The position numbers and the translations under genes are program-made. Shown here in pieces: positions 1-12,623 of a DNA stretch of 64,000 nucleotides; position 1 is the stretch's first letter, and every line of letters begins with the position of its first letter. The notes under the pieces are model-generated. The model was not told where the DNA came from and ran no database searches. It was given only the letters and a program-made list of their open reading frames with translations. The stretch comes from Eledone cirrhosa (lineage: Eukaryota), in the NCBI GenBank assembly GCA_964016885.1, contig OZ024741.1, positions 54,312,001-54,376,000 of the forward strand, given 5' to 3'.

Positions 1-725
1 TGTCTATGTGTTTTCTCGAGATTGACCACGCAGGTCACTAATTTGTGATCCGTGTAGCCAACCGTGCGCATTTCTGGACAGCTTAATATGTCCCTATCCT
101 TACTTCTAACTAAGAATCTATCTAAGTACGATCTAGATTGACCACTGTGGTTTCTCCAAGTCCAGGTAGGCACAGTTGGAAAATCTAGTCGATATCTATC
201 GACCAAGTTAAAACGGTCGAGTAACCCCTTGAGGCTGTTACACCCCCCTCTATTAGGACATGCTCCTGCATAGTCCCAACGTGCATCCATGATGTCATTC
301 CAATCCCCCGCTAGAAGCAGGGAACGCGACGTTCCCAGAAAAGTCTCCAAACGCTGGAAGAAGTCGGGCCGTTCAGCTCCGAAAGGGGAGTAGACGGCGA
401 CCAGTCTCAAGGCCGCACTTTCACTACTGCCAACGTCTAGCACCAACAAACGACCCTCCGGGTCCGAGTGCACAACCTGTACGGCAAGACCCAGGTGTTT
501 TTGCAGCAGTACGACAACCCCACCCCCACCTCCAGGTTGACAGAGAGATGCATGCACCTCAAAGTCATCGAAGGTGGGGGCCAGCTGCCGCACGACGCTG
601 ATTCGAGTCTCACAGATAACCATTACATTTATACTACATGACCTGAGGTCATTTAGAAGCTTTGCTTGCTTCCAAGTTGAGCCCAGGCCACGTGCATTCA
701 AACATCCTACTCTTAACACATCCAT
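1..725 (-). CDS. L1/Tx1-clade LINE ORF2, N-terminal APE endonuclease domain; runs off the window edge
   Basis: Manual translation from ATG at 725 gives MDVLRVGCLNARGL...ICETR...GGGVVVL...EGRLL...AVYSP...LAGDWN...TWTW...SYLDRF...GYTDHKLV. These are the canonical APE motifs, and I saw no stop before position 1. Confidence 0.92.
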   Translation of the reverse strand, partial: MDVLRVGCLNARGLGSTWKQAKLLNDLRSCSINVMVICETRISVVRQLAPTFDDFEVHASLCQPGGGGGVVVLLQKHLGLAVQVVHSDPEGRLLVLDVGSSESAALRLVAVYSPFGAERPDFFQRLETFLGTSRSLLLAGDWNDIMDARWDYAGACPNRGGCNSLKGLLDRFNLVDRYRLDFPTVPTWTWRNHSGQSRSYLDRFLVRSKDRDILSCPEMRTVGYTDHKLVTCVVNLEKTHR

Positions 726-758
726 GTGGGCGGCAGAGCCAAAGGAGAGTGTAGAGAC

Positions 759-2662
759 CTACCTTTCCGCTTCCCGGGGTTCGGGTTGCACGACTTCCAT
801 GGGATCGGGGGTGTTGGGTGAAGGGGTGTCTTGTGGTGGTGTGGGGTCGTCAGTGTGTGGTGGGGTTGGGGTGTTTGGAGTTGTGTTGGGGAGGGGAAGG
901 GGAGGGGGAAAGCTTTTTAGTAGGACGCGGTTTATGGGTTTGACAGAGGGTGGTCCTACGTCCTCCTTAAAATCCTTTTTTAGTTTTTGGTAGAGGTTCA
1001 TTGGGATTTTTATTAGTTTTAAATGTGGGTGGTTTTCTGACGAAACAAAGTTTACACCTTCGGTTTGTACCGAAGGATTATTGTATATGAGTTCATTTAA
1101 TTTATTGTTGTTTCTGTTGATGTAAGTATAGTGTAATGTCTTTTTTTCCGATGGTGTGAGTGTTTCGAAGAGGGGAGGGGCAGGTTTGGTTTTGTTTGTT
1201 GCTGGAGGGGTGTTTTCTGTTTTGTTGGATTGTGTTGCGATTTGGGTGGGGGTTGTTTGTCCTTGTGTGTTTTGCACATGTTTTCTTTTTTTCCTTTTAA
1301 TCTGTCTGAAGGACTCCGTTTCTTCCTCCGAATTCGTTGGGTTATCTTCAGTGTTGGAGGGAAGAGGTATGTTTGCTGGTAATGTTTCCGTGTTGGTTTT
1401 CTTTGTGGGGGAGATGGATGTCACTATGTTAGACTGTGTTGTGTGTTGTGTCTGCGGTGGTTGTGTTGTTTTATTGAGTGAGAGGTTGGGTGGGCCTGTA
1501 TTTTGTTTTGGGGTAATGTGTTGTGACTGTTTGTGTTGTGGTGGTGTTGTGGTTTTACTGAGGGACGGGTTGGGTGGGGCTGAGTTTTGTTGTTTGTTTA
1601 TCTGTTGTGGTGGTGGTGGTGGAGCTGGTGTTGGTAGCAGGGTTTTCTTTTTGTTGAGTTGGGGACAAGCGGCCTTCAGGTGCCCTCTGCCTGCACAGAT
1701 ATGGTAGGACGGCCTTCTCCCCTCCACGCTAATGTTTATATACCCGTGGTCCTCTAATAGGATTCTGTCGGGTATTTGGGCGATGCGTTCAGGCTTCATT
1801 TGTACTACCAGCTCTATACCTGTTCCACTGAACGCATTGCCTGTGGTTTTCCCAATGGAAATCACGTTGTTATTTACTGGATCGATGAAACCAGCTATGA
1901 GCCAGCAGTAGTCCACATCTGGCATCATAGCATCCAGCCATATGCGTTGAGTTCTTTTCCCCATATAAGATGGATAAAAGGTGAAATTTTTCGAACGAAT
2001 CGGTGACAAAGCACATTTTTTTTGCCGCCGATTCGTTCTTCATGATAATTGCTAGGCTTCCATACAGTCTGTCTTTTCTTATGAAAGTTGTTTCATTCAG
2101 TACTTCTGTGAGTACTGTTTTGATATCTGCTTGAGAAGGCTGTTCAGGTTTTTTTGTACTGTTGTTGATGGTCCGAAACTTGACCGTTCGGCTTTCAATG
2201 TCTTTCGTGAATTCTTGAAACATTTTTACCGATAAAATACCATTCTCACCGTCACTTATGTATTGTTTGGCGTCCGTGATCCTTCGTACCACATCTGAAA
2301 TGTTTTCCGCTATATAAGTCAAAGATTTCTTTGTTTTCTGTGCAAATGAAATCTTGTCGTCTGCTTTGTTTTCTGATATGGTGTTATTTTCAACTGTTAT
2401 TTTTTTGTTTGTTGTGTCTTTGTTTGTGTTATTAGTATTGTCATGCAATTTTTCAAATTTTTTTTTTTTCGTTGTTGGAATCCAAGTCCAGATTTATGTT
2501 TTCGTCATTTAATTTTTTCTCCGCAGATTCGTCCGTTTTTATTTTAATTTTTCCTTCCTTCTCTATGACGTTAGTTGGGAAGGAAGGGAGGACTAAAGCG
2601 TGCGAGCTTACAACTCTTACCGCTGTCCCCCCACCACTATTTTCGTTCGCTGCGTTTAACAT
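759..2662 (-). CDS. L1/Tx1 LINE ORF1 (gag-like, zinc knuckle), split across three frames
   Basis: ORFs 2453-2662, 1870-2448 and 759-2009 join at poly-T runs near 2450-2469 and 2015-2023. The motif YHICAGRGHLKAAC is a CX2CX4HX4C knuckle with the first C changed to Y. A P/T/Q-rich linker follows, and the ORF ends 33 nt before ORF2. Confidence 0.8.
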
Positions 2663-2911
2663 TTCTGTTAGACGATTGAAATTTTTTACACAAAATTTTT
2701 TAAAACAGGTTTTTCACCTCTAGGAGGGGTAAAGATGAGCTGACCCACCGCCTGACAGTTCAGACGGAGGGTCAAGCTACACAATTGTATCAAAATTAAG
2801 TTTGAACTCACAAAATTTCCTCAATAAATTTGAACAAAATTTCCTCAATAAATTTGAACAAAACTTCTGTGCGAAGTGAATGACATCCACACTGTAGAAC
2901 AGACGACAGCT

Positions 2912-2993
<82 letters not shown>

Positions 2994-3138
2994 CAAGTGG
3001 GACAAGTATTTCCGATTAGTCGAAGACATGGACAGTTCCCGCTCATCAGCTGAACTGGTATCGATATAATTTCGGATGTCCTCTCTTTCTCTCTCTGTAT
3101 ATATATATATACATATATATACACATACACACACACGC

Positions 3139-3176
<38 letters not shown>

Positions 3177-3223
3177 ACACATACACACACACACACACGA
3201 ACACACACACATATATATATATA

Positions 3224-3298
<75 letters not shown>

Positions 3299-3344
3299 TA
3301 TATTTGGTATGGATCGTAGTTGCCATATAGCAGGTACTAATCGA

Positions 3345-3830
3345 GTTTTCTTTTTATTCCTCTTTCTTTGATTCGTCAAAGTGGCATTATTGAAAAAATG
3401 AGAGGGACAATTCTTTAAAAAAAAGAGTTTTATAATATATGTAAAGTATATAAACTATTACCGGTTTTGATGTATTCGTAAAATTGATCTTAGTAGCAGA
3501 TTTTCAATATGAAGAAATACAACCATCAACACTACTGCTGCTACTACCACCTCACTCTATATACACAAGAGTTAATTTTACAGTCTCCTTCTCAACAAGG
3601 AAGATGAAAAACTTACCTCAATAGTTCTTTTTAAATTTTTAATTTTTTTTATCCCTATTAATTCTTGTTAATTGTAATACTCAACAATTGATAAGATGAA
3701 TTTTACTAATACATCGAAACCGCTAATACGTTACAGACAATATAAAACACTTTTTTTAAAAAGAATTGTCCCTCTCATGTTTTCAATAATATCACTTTGA
3801 CGAATCAAAGAAAGGGAAAAAAAACAAAAA
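3345..3830. repeat. Old foldback cassette with decayed HHR motifs
   Basis: 3361-3425 is the reverse complement of 3751-3816, and about 3452-3492 matches about 3693-3732. The right arm reads TTGATAA-GATG..CATC-GAAA-CCGC-TA. It is flanked by (TA)n and (CT)n(TA)n. Confidence 0.7.
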
Positions 3831-3873
3831 AAAACTGACCCTTAAATATATTTTCAGTGCTATTTCCAATCGC

Positions 3874-3970
<97 letters not shown>

Positions 3971-4142
3971 TTGCAATAATACACAATGTTTGTCTATATT
4001 TCCATTCATTGTTGTAATTCCCTTTTATTATTATCGTTTTTATATTGCTTATGCGATTTTATTATAAACCCTCACTGTCCCTGTCTATTGTATTATCCCC
4101 TTTACCTTGGCCCTTGAGTCGAATAAAGAAATTATTATTATT

Positions 4143-4527
4143 GGATTTGCAGTATCGACAGAGGATCGGACGCCATGCTTTCTAGCATCGTTACGTCCCT
4201 TTATGTTCTGAGTTCAAATCCCGCCGAGGTTAACTTTGCCTTTCATCCTTACGGGGTCGATAAAATAAAGTTCCAGTAATGTACTGGGTAATTGCTGGCC
4301 TTGTGCCTAAAGTAGAAACAATTATTATAGAATAGACCGCTGGACAAAAGGTTTTTCAGCATTTGTTTCCATCTTTACAGTCTGAGTTTAAATGCCACGA
4401 AGATCAACTCAGCCTTTCATGATTTTGGAATCGATACAATGATGTACCAGTCATGTACTGTAGTTGATTTAATCGACTTTCCCCTCCCCCTATCTACTGG
4501 CCTTGTGCCTAAATTAGAAATCATTAC
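4143..4527 (+). mobile_element. Two tandem tRNA-derived SINE copies (octopus-type family)
   Basis: B-box-like GAGTTCAAATCC, core GCCTTTCATCCTTACGGGGTCGATAAA and tail GGCCTTGTGCCTAAAGTAGAAACAATTATTA. The same family recurs about 10 times in the window. Confidence 0.85.
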
Positions 4528-4544
4528 TAGAATTATTCCAAGTT

Positions 4545-4800
4545 TTATCAGTTCTTAGACTGGTCATATTTAATCTCCCAATCAAGACAAATGACCTCAG
4601 ACTGAAAGCACTTTGTGCGGAATCTTTGCAGTTCCCAATAAAGCAGATTTTCGCAAAGTAGATAGTTATATTTGGTGAAATGCCAATATCCTTGAAATAA
4701 CACTTTAAGATTTTAGTGACCGTTTCTAACGCTCCTATCGCTATTGGTATCGTTTTCGTGTTTTCGTCCCACACTATAGCAATTTCAACTCTCAATTCAA
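4545..4800 (-). mobile_element. 3' fragment of an R4/Dong-like restriction-endonuclease LINE
   Basis: ORF EIAIVWDENTKTIPIAIGALETVTKIL resembles the EIxxxW...VPIxIGALG C-terminus of RLE LINEs. Confidence 0.6.
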
Positions 4801-4889
4801 AGAAGTTGTTATTTTTTTATTTTTCCCCCCTTTAATAAAATCAGTTGTCCAAAGAGTTAATGATGATGTTGGCGTTTGTCATCTGTGGT

Positions 4890-5690
4890 CTGGTAGGGGA
4901 AGTGCAATCATGCGTCATGCCGAACTTTCACCTCATGCGATAGGGTGATTAAGGAAACTGGCAGGAGTGAGGCCATATCAACTTAGATCTATCGAAAACT
5001 TTCGATAGACTCGATAATCGGTACTTGGTGGTAGTCCTCAGAGAAGCTGTCTTCATACCCTTTTTCAGAGGTTGGATCACTGCAATGCTCAGTATCTTCT
5101 ACCATGTGGTCAGGGTCAAATGTCTCCTCTTTGAATCATTCAACATCATGCGCGTGGTCCACCAAGATTGTCCCCTCTCATCCCTATTATATGTATTTAC
5201 TCTCGAGTAAATATATATAATACAAGTTCAAATCCCGCAGAGGTTAACTTTGTCTTTCATCCTTACGGGGTCGATAAAATAAAGTACCAGTAATACACTG
5301 GGTAATTGCTGGCCTTGTGCCAAAAGTAGAAACAATTATATGTATTTACTCTCGGATCAATACTAGAGAAATTAGAGACGATAAGTGGCGTCCCACAGGA
5401 ACTATAATGTAATAGTCACGTGTCAGCACATGCCGACGGCGTCATCGTAATGGTGTCCGAGATCAGACACATTGACATATTCGGCACCGCACTCAAGGAG
5501 TACGGTGTTGAAGCATGAGTAAAGGTTAACCAGGAAAAGTCAAAGGGCCTGCAGCTTATCACCTGGCGAGGCACGTCCAAGCCCCCTAGCACATCCAGCG
5601 TCATCTGATGCTGGACGGACGGACAGCTTAAATTGCTCGGAGTTTGGTTTGGGCCAGACCTCCAGATAGACAAAACATTGGAGATGGTGT
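4890..5690 (+). pseudogene. Decayed Tx1-type RT fragment interrupted by a SINE
   Basis: DLSKTFDR near 4986, VHQDCPLSSLLYVFTLE (from VRQGCPLSPLLY), HADG (from YADD) and VNQEKS. Confidence 0.7.
5206..5340 (+). mobile_element. 5'-truncated SINE with a 20-bp target-site duplication
   Basis: ATTATATGTATTTACTCTCG at 5186-5205 and 5335-5354 flanks the SINE core and tail. Confidence 0.85.
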
Positions 5691-6559
5691 GTACTGTTGA
5701 TGTTGTTAATGATGTTTTCGACGCCACTGGTCTGGTCTCATCCCATCCTCGTTGTTGAGGTTTGCTAATCTATAATAAGCAGCATGCCCATAATTCTCAT
5801 CGAGAAATAAGTGACGTCGGTTAGTCCCGAGTCTTCGTCCACCCATTATACGGATGATGGCTACCTAGCCAGAGCTCATCTGACTTCATCACTAGGATGA
5901 AGACATCGGCCTCTTTAAAGGGTAACTGAGGAAACCTATTTACCCTGGTTTTGAAATGAGACTCATCCTTCTCCTAGACAAACTAACAACAAAGCTCTGT
6001 CTACTCGTTTGTCTTTTACACAATATTGGATAGTTGTTGATTCTCCTGAGTTCCTTCACGCCGTGAATGCTTTTGTTTTTTTATCTCGCAATGTATCCAA
6101 ACATCCCTTTCTTCACAAAGCAATTTGGTGGTGTTGCCAGTTTGGTTACCGACAACTCGAATATGTAAGAGGTTGCACTGAGTTACATGTAAGTAGAGTT
6201 GAAGAACGACCTGTCATTCGTAGCGATGCTGCAAATCACTTTATATGGGTGTTTACTAAATGATTTTGTTGTTTGTTATTTGGTCGGTTTGTTTGATCTT
6301 TTTTAGTGGGTGGTGGTTGAATTCATTTGATATATACGTTATTTGTCTGTTTTATTGCGTTTTTATTACTTTTCTTTTTATATTTAAATTTTATTTATTT
6401 TGGAGAGCAGGAAGAGATCAGTTAAATATACATATTTATCCGTTTTATTGTTTTTCTACTACTTCTATTATTTATATTTTACGTTAGACAAAATGCTTCG
6501 AAGGCAGTGGATTGACACAATTAATAAAGTATTGGACAAAATATGTTAAACACAGTGAA

Positions 6560-7085
6560 TTGATAGAAACTGTAAAGTGTCAGTCAAAATAACGTACAGT
6601 ATTTAATTGTGTGTCTTGATGCTCTGATCTCAAATCCCAACGTGAGACTTTGCCTTTCATACTGGGCTAATAATAGACTATCACCTTTCTCGAAAATATG
6701 TACCCTTGTGCGTATGATAGAAATAATAATTGTTTCTTCTCTTCATACAAGGTCAGTATTCTGAAGAGGGAAGTCTATTAAATCGATCCCAGTACGTTAC
6801 TGCTGCCTTACTTTATTGACATCACCGTGATTTAAACTTAGAGCTATATGTTGCGAAGCATGTTTCCGACATTCTACAGATATTTCCAATTCCCCACCCT
6901 AAGGCTGGAAATAATAATGGTTTCTGATCTAGGCACAAGGCTAACAATTTTGTAGGAAGGGTGCTTTATTTTATTGATCCCGGAAGGATGAAATCCCGGT
7001 GGGATTTGAACTCAGAACTTAAAGGGTCGTAACACTATGCCACAAAACATGTTGGTCGACACTCAGTTTCCTGAGGCTAGAAATA
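6560..7085. mobile_element. Cluster of decayed SINE fragments in both orientations
   Basis: ACTTTGCCTTTCAT...CCTTGTGC on + near 6647-6730. GGCACAAGGC...GGGATTTGAACTCAGAAC on - near 6930-7020. Confidence 0.55.
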
Positions 7086-8225
7086 ATATTTTGAATTTAC
7101 AGCCATATAGATTGCGACAGATTGCTGAATTAAACCACCACGTGTTTATTTGTTTGAACGATCACACTTTGGATCTGGAGCTATTGATCTTATTGTATCA
7201 GCTTATTTATTGATGAATTATCGATCGCTATTATTGATAAGTATCGTCGGTTGAAAGAAAATCACCTTTTTCGAAAAGCTGTCCAGTACGTATGAGTTTC
7301 ATTAAATTGAAAGAAAAGAAAACAAAATAAAATACCAACCGTAGAATCATTAGATTAAATATTTTGGTCATGATACGAGCAAAAATGTCTCTTCGATTTC
7401 ATCGTACAAGATTTAACTCCAATCAATGTTAATGGCTGCAACGTCATATTTCAGAGGACATGCACCTAAATACTTATTTAACTCTTACTTCTTTGCACGG
7501 AATTGATGAGTAAATGCTGAAAGCGTGTAATGAATAAAGTCAATATGCATTAAATCTCGCTTATGCAAATAGATTTGACCAAATGTGCCAATGTCGGCTT
7601 GGCATGTTGAAAGAAATCGGTTATAAACCCTGATTCACCTGCAAATTGTTGATTACCAGCCATTATATAGACACAGGGTGGTGAGTGCTGTAGTGCTAGT
7701 GATAAACTCTAAGTATTTCGTGACCGTCCATCATCCTTTCTATACTTGATTGAAGGCAATTCAGTGAATAGGTGGATAACATTGTCAAATTTGTCTCTTA
7801 AATGCTTGGATTCATTCTTCCGGCCCAGAAAACAAATACTTCAGCTTTAATCGGTTGCTGAAATTCTACGAACATTTTAATGTTTCTAATCGCATCAAAG
7901 TACTGCACACCAGCTCCATTCATGCCCCTCTCTACTATCATCACCTATAGTCCTTAAATCTCCGTCAAATCTCACCCGATGGTAGCAATTCCTGACGAGG
8001 AGTTCGCAAATGTAAGACTCCGTGTCGTAAGCTACATTCGAAACTCCGTGTACTTTGATGAAATATATGCTCACAGTTATGTCTTATATTATAGATAGAT
8101 CTACATTATCCGGTATGTACTTCCTTGTTAAGAAAAATACTGTATAATAAGATGATATTTAACTAAGATTTTCTATATTTGTCAGATTTCTATTCCTATT
8201 TATATAACTATCTATCTATTTACCT

Positions 8226-8790
8226 ATGTGTGCGGCCTTGCAGCGGCACTTTGCTCAACTGTTCGGGCAGGGCGGTGCGCCGGGAGGAGCTATGGATTTC
8301 GGTCCACACCTCGACGGCCTACCGCGACTCTCGGACAGCGAGGCGAAGTTCTCCGAAAAGCCGATTTCGGCAGCTGAGATAGGGGACGCGCTGAGCCAAT
8401 GCGGCAAACGCAAATCTCCAGGTCTCGACGGTCTACCCTACGAATTTTACGTAGCAATGCCGGACTTATTCTCCGGTCTCCTGGAAGCGGTCTACTACAA
8501 CTGGCAGCAGAACGGGAGAATTCCCAGTTCTGTGATCGGGAGCGTAGTCACACTAATCAGGAAGGACGAGCATAAGGGGGATAACATAGGCAACTTCCGC
8601 ATAACTCTGCTCAACACAGCGTTACAGATTTTGGCCAAGGTGTTGGCAAAGAGGCTGGCGCTTGTCCTCGAGAACCTGGTGAGAGAAGCGCAGACATGCG
8701 CAATCACAACCAGGTCCATACACGACAACCTCCCCCTCATGCAATACATCATAGAGAGGGTAGGGTGTAAACCCGGCTTCGGGTTTACAC
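8226..8790 (+). pseudogene. Tx1/L1 RT N-terminal fragment
   Basis: AEIGDALSQCGKRKSPGLDGLPYEFY...VTLIRK...NFRITLLN...ILAKVLAKRL...RSIHDNL. Truncated at both ends. Confidence 0.9.
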
Positions 8791-8868
8791 CCTACCCTAC
8801 AACTGATGCTTTTTTCTTATTCTTATTTGTAAGCATATATATACATATATATATACATACATATATAA

Positions 8869-8937
<69 letters not shown>

Positions 8938-9157
8938 ATTAAGTTAAAAATGTACATCCACATATGTATACTGAAATACTAGTATGCATATGAATACACA
9001 CACGTATATATATGTAGATGTACCAAGTCTTTCACTGGTCACTTTACTGTGAGTGGCCAGCTATTCTGTATGTAAACACACAGACAAACCTGTTTTTAGA
9101 GTCATACTGGTTTTTGAGGAAACACCTTTCCTCTATTCTCCAGAAAGCCAGACGAGG

Positions 9158-9202
9158 AATATTGAACTAGTTTCGTTGTTGTTACAACTCATCAGCAATA
9201 TT
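9158..9202 (-). ncRNA. Minimal type-I hammerhead ribozyme
   Basis: Minus strand: AATATTG-CTGATGA-GTTG taacaa CAAC-GAAA-CTAG-TT-CAATATT. Stem I is 7 bp, stem II is 4 bp, and stem III has a palindromic loop. Confidence 0.88.
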
Positions 9203-9623
9203 TACCTATCTACCGGCCCTTCTGGAGAATCGTAAAAGCACATATCGTTATATGCTTTTTCTATGAAAATTAGTAGTGGGCAGACTAATTTGCATAGAGT
9301 GTGAGTACGTACCGGTTCAACGGAGACGATAAAAACAAATAACGAAACGAAATTAAATTTCGTTTCGTTTGTAACTCACTTTTGTATGACTGACGCTTAA
9401 ACAATTAAGTTAAAAATGTACATCCACATATGTATACTGAAATACTAGTATGCATATGAATACACACACGTATACATATGTAGATGTACCAAGTCTTTCA
9501 CTGGTCACTTTACTGTGAGTGGCCAGCTATTCTGTATGTAAACACACAGACAAACCGGTTTTTAGAGTCATACTGGTTTTTGAGGAAACACCTTTCCTCT
9601 ATTCTCCAGAAAGCCAGACAAGG

Positions 9624-9668
9624 AATATCGAACTAGTTTCGTTGTTGTTACAACTCATCAGCAATATT
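9624..9668 (-). ncRNA. Minimal type-I hammerhead ribozyme, second tandem copy
   Basis: Same as 9158-9202 except for one stem I change that leaves a G-U pair. Confidence 0.86.
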
Positions 9669-9697
9669 TACCTATCTACCGGCCCTTCTGGAGAATC

Positions 9698-9771
<74 letters not shown>

Positions 9772-9916
9772 AAACATTCGTCTCATTCTGACGTCACCAG
9801 CCCTGTTTTTCCACATGTGCGTTTTATTTTCATAATCACGCATGATGTTAAACTAGCCTGCTTTTAAATTCCCTTTTTGGCATATTAATCAGTGAGACCT
9901 TGGTTACCATGTTGAA

Positions 9917-9996
9917 CTCTGCTGATGAACGAAATCCAACAGTGACCATCCCCACTGAATGTTTTCGTGAAATAGTCTTTTCAAGACTATACAGAG
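9917..9996 (+). ncRNA. Type-I hammerhead ribozyme with a full stem III
   Basis: CTCTG-CTGATGA-ACGAAA..CAGTG..CACTG..TTTCGT-GAAA-TAGTCTT ttc AAGACTA-TA-CAGAG. All three stems pair. Confidence 0.85.
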
Positions 9997-10399
9997 CATT
10001 TGAAGTTGTCCCAAATTGAAGGATGAGTACTTTAGACTTTGTTTTATCATGAGTTAAGGCTTCATTGATTTTTCCCTGAATTTCTCTAAATTATGTTGGA
10101 TAAATCTATATCCTGATTCTTTTTAAATTGAGTTTGAATTATTTTTCCCATCTTTTATGTTAACTATTTTCCCGTTTTGACGTTATAGTCACTTATATAT
10201 TATGGAATACTGTTAGCTTCTCGCTACAACAATTTCTATACTTTTCATTTATATATATGTATATATGTGTGTATGTGTGTGTGTGGCTGTGGAGGGGGGT
10301 TGTATGCATATATATATATATACATATGTATGTATGTATATATACATATATATATGTTGCAACTTAATAAATACTTTTCTTTCTCCCTCTCTCCTTCCA

Positions 10400-10436
<37 letters not shown>

Positions 10437-10445
10437 CACTCTCCC

Positions 10446-10482
<37 letters not shown>

Positions 10483-10633
10483 GTCACATACACACTCTCT
10501 CTCAGTTTCTCTCATCTGTTATTTCATAAGCATCTTTCTCTATATACATTTCTAATTCTCGTTCACTCACATCAAAACGCTTCTGATTGCCTTGTTTGAC
10601 AATTCAATTTACAAGATATTGATCTTATTCGGG

Positions 10634-11181
<548 letters not shown>

Positions 11182-11295
11182 TATATATATATATGTGTGT
11201 GTGTGTGTATATATATATGTATATATATATATATATGTGTGTGTATGTATATATATGTATATATATATATATATGTGTGTATATGTGTATATATG

Positions 11296-11327
<32 letters not shown>

Positions 11328-11355
11328 GATAGATAGATAGATAGATACATATATG

Positions 11356-11401
<46 letters not shown>

Positions 11402-11415
11402 TAGATACATATATG

Positions 11416-11457
<42 letters not shown>

Positions 11458-11589
11458 TACATATATGTATATATATACATATATATATATATATCATTTA
11501 TATTACTTATATATATATATATTATATATTATATATATATATGTTAATACACATACATATATATATATACATATATATACACACGCACG

Positions 11590-11666
<77 letters not shown>

Positions 11667-12120
11667 GCGTATATATATACACAAATACACACTTAGATGT
11701 AGGTATACTTACACTACATACAGACAGGCATATTTATATGTGTGTGTGTGTGCCCGTGTAGGTGTATGCGTATGTATGTGTCTATGTATATATGTGTATA
11801 TATATTCGTGTGTTTACAAACCTACTGTCAATTGTAGGTAAAGTAATACAATCACGACGAGAATTAAGTAAAATCTCCATTAAAAGTTTAGATAAGTTAA
11901 GTAAGTAGATTACCTAAATGTAACTTTACTAATAAAATATTATTAAGAAGTCGAAAAAGCCCCGGGAGAGTGAAGGTTCGATAGCGATAGAGAAGGCGAA
12001 CTTAAATTCATTGCTTTAAATGCATAGCTACTTTCTACCCTGTTCATGTCTGGATTTGATTTCTACAATTGCTGCGGTAACACTTTATTCTCTCGGGTAA
12101 CACTTTATTCTCTCTCTCTA

Positions 12121-12198
<78 letters not shown>

Positions 12199-12366
12199 GT
12201 TTATTGTTGTTTTTATTGTACTTTCTCTTGTTGTTTTGGTAGTTTAACCCCTGGTCAACCATTCTTCGGAAAAAGATCGCTTTATTAATTATCTAGGATT
12301 GTATGTATGTATGTATGTATGTATGTATGTATGTATGTATGTATCTCTTAAGTGCTACTGGTAACA

Positions 12367-12456
12367 TTCAAATCTGCCTATGTTCTTTTAAGGGGTGGGG
12401 AAGTTGCAAGAGCTTGCAACTTCCCCACCCCTTAAAAGAACATAGGCAGATTTGAA
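12367..12456. repeat. Perfect 44-bp hairpin with a 2-nt spacer
   Basis: TTCAAATCTGCC...GTTGCAAG ag CTTGCAAC...GGCAGATTTGAA. Confidence 0.95.
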
Positions 12457-12578
12457 GCAAAGAATTTATAACACCATCACTAAGATACTCGCCTTCAGAC
12501 ACGTAAGCACTAAGCAGGTTTCGAGGAAAATAATCTAGAAACATCTAAGTTTCTGTATGTGAAACATATATATATATA

Positions 12579-12623
<45 letters not shown>

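Larger units (their letters stand above)
8937..9700 (-). mobile_element. Retrozyme-like or PLE pLTR partial tandem (466-bp period) between (TA)n tracts
   Basis: 8937-9234 is directly repeated at 9403-9700. Each copy carries an HHR on the minus strand. Confidence 0.85.

Noticed and set aside
574-1707. Plus-strand ORFs 574-993 and 1156-1707
   Set aside because: Antisense shadows of the LINE ORF1 and ORF2.
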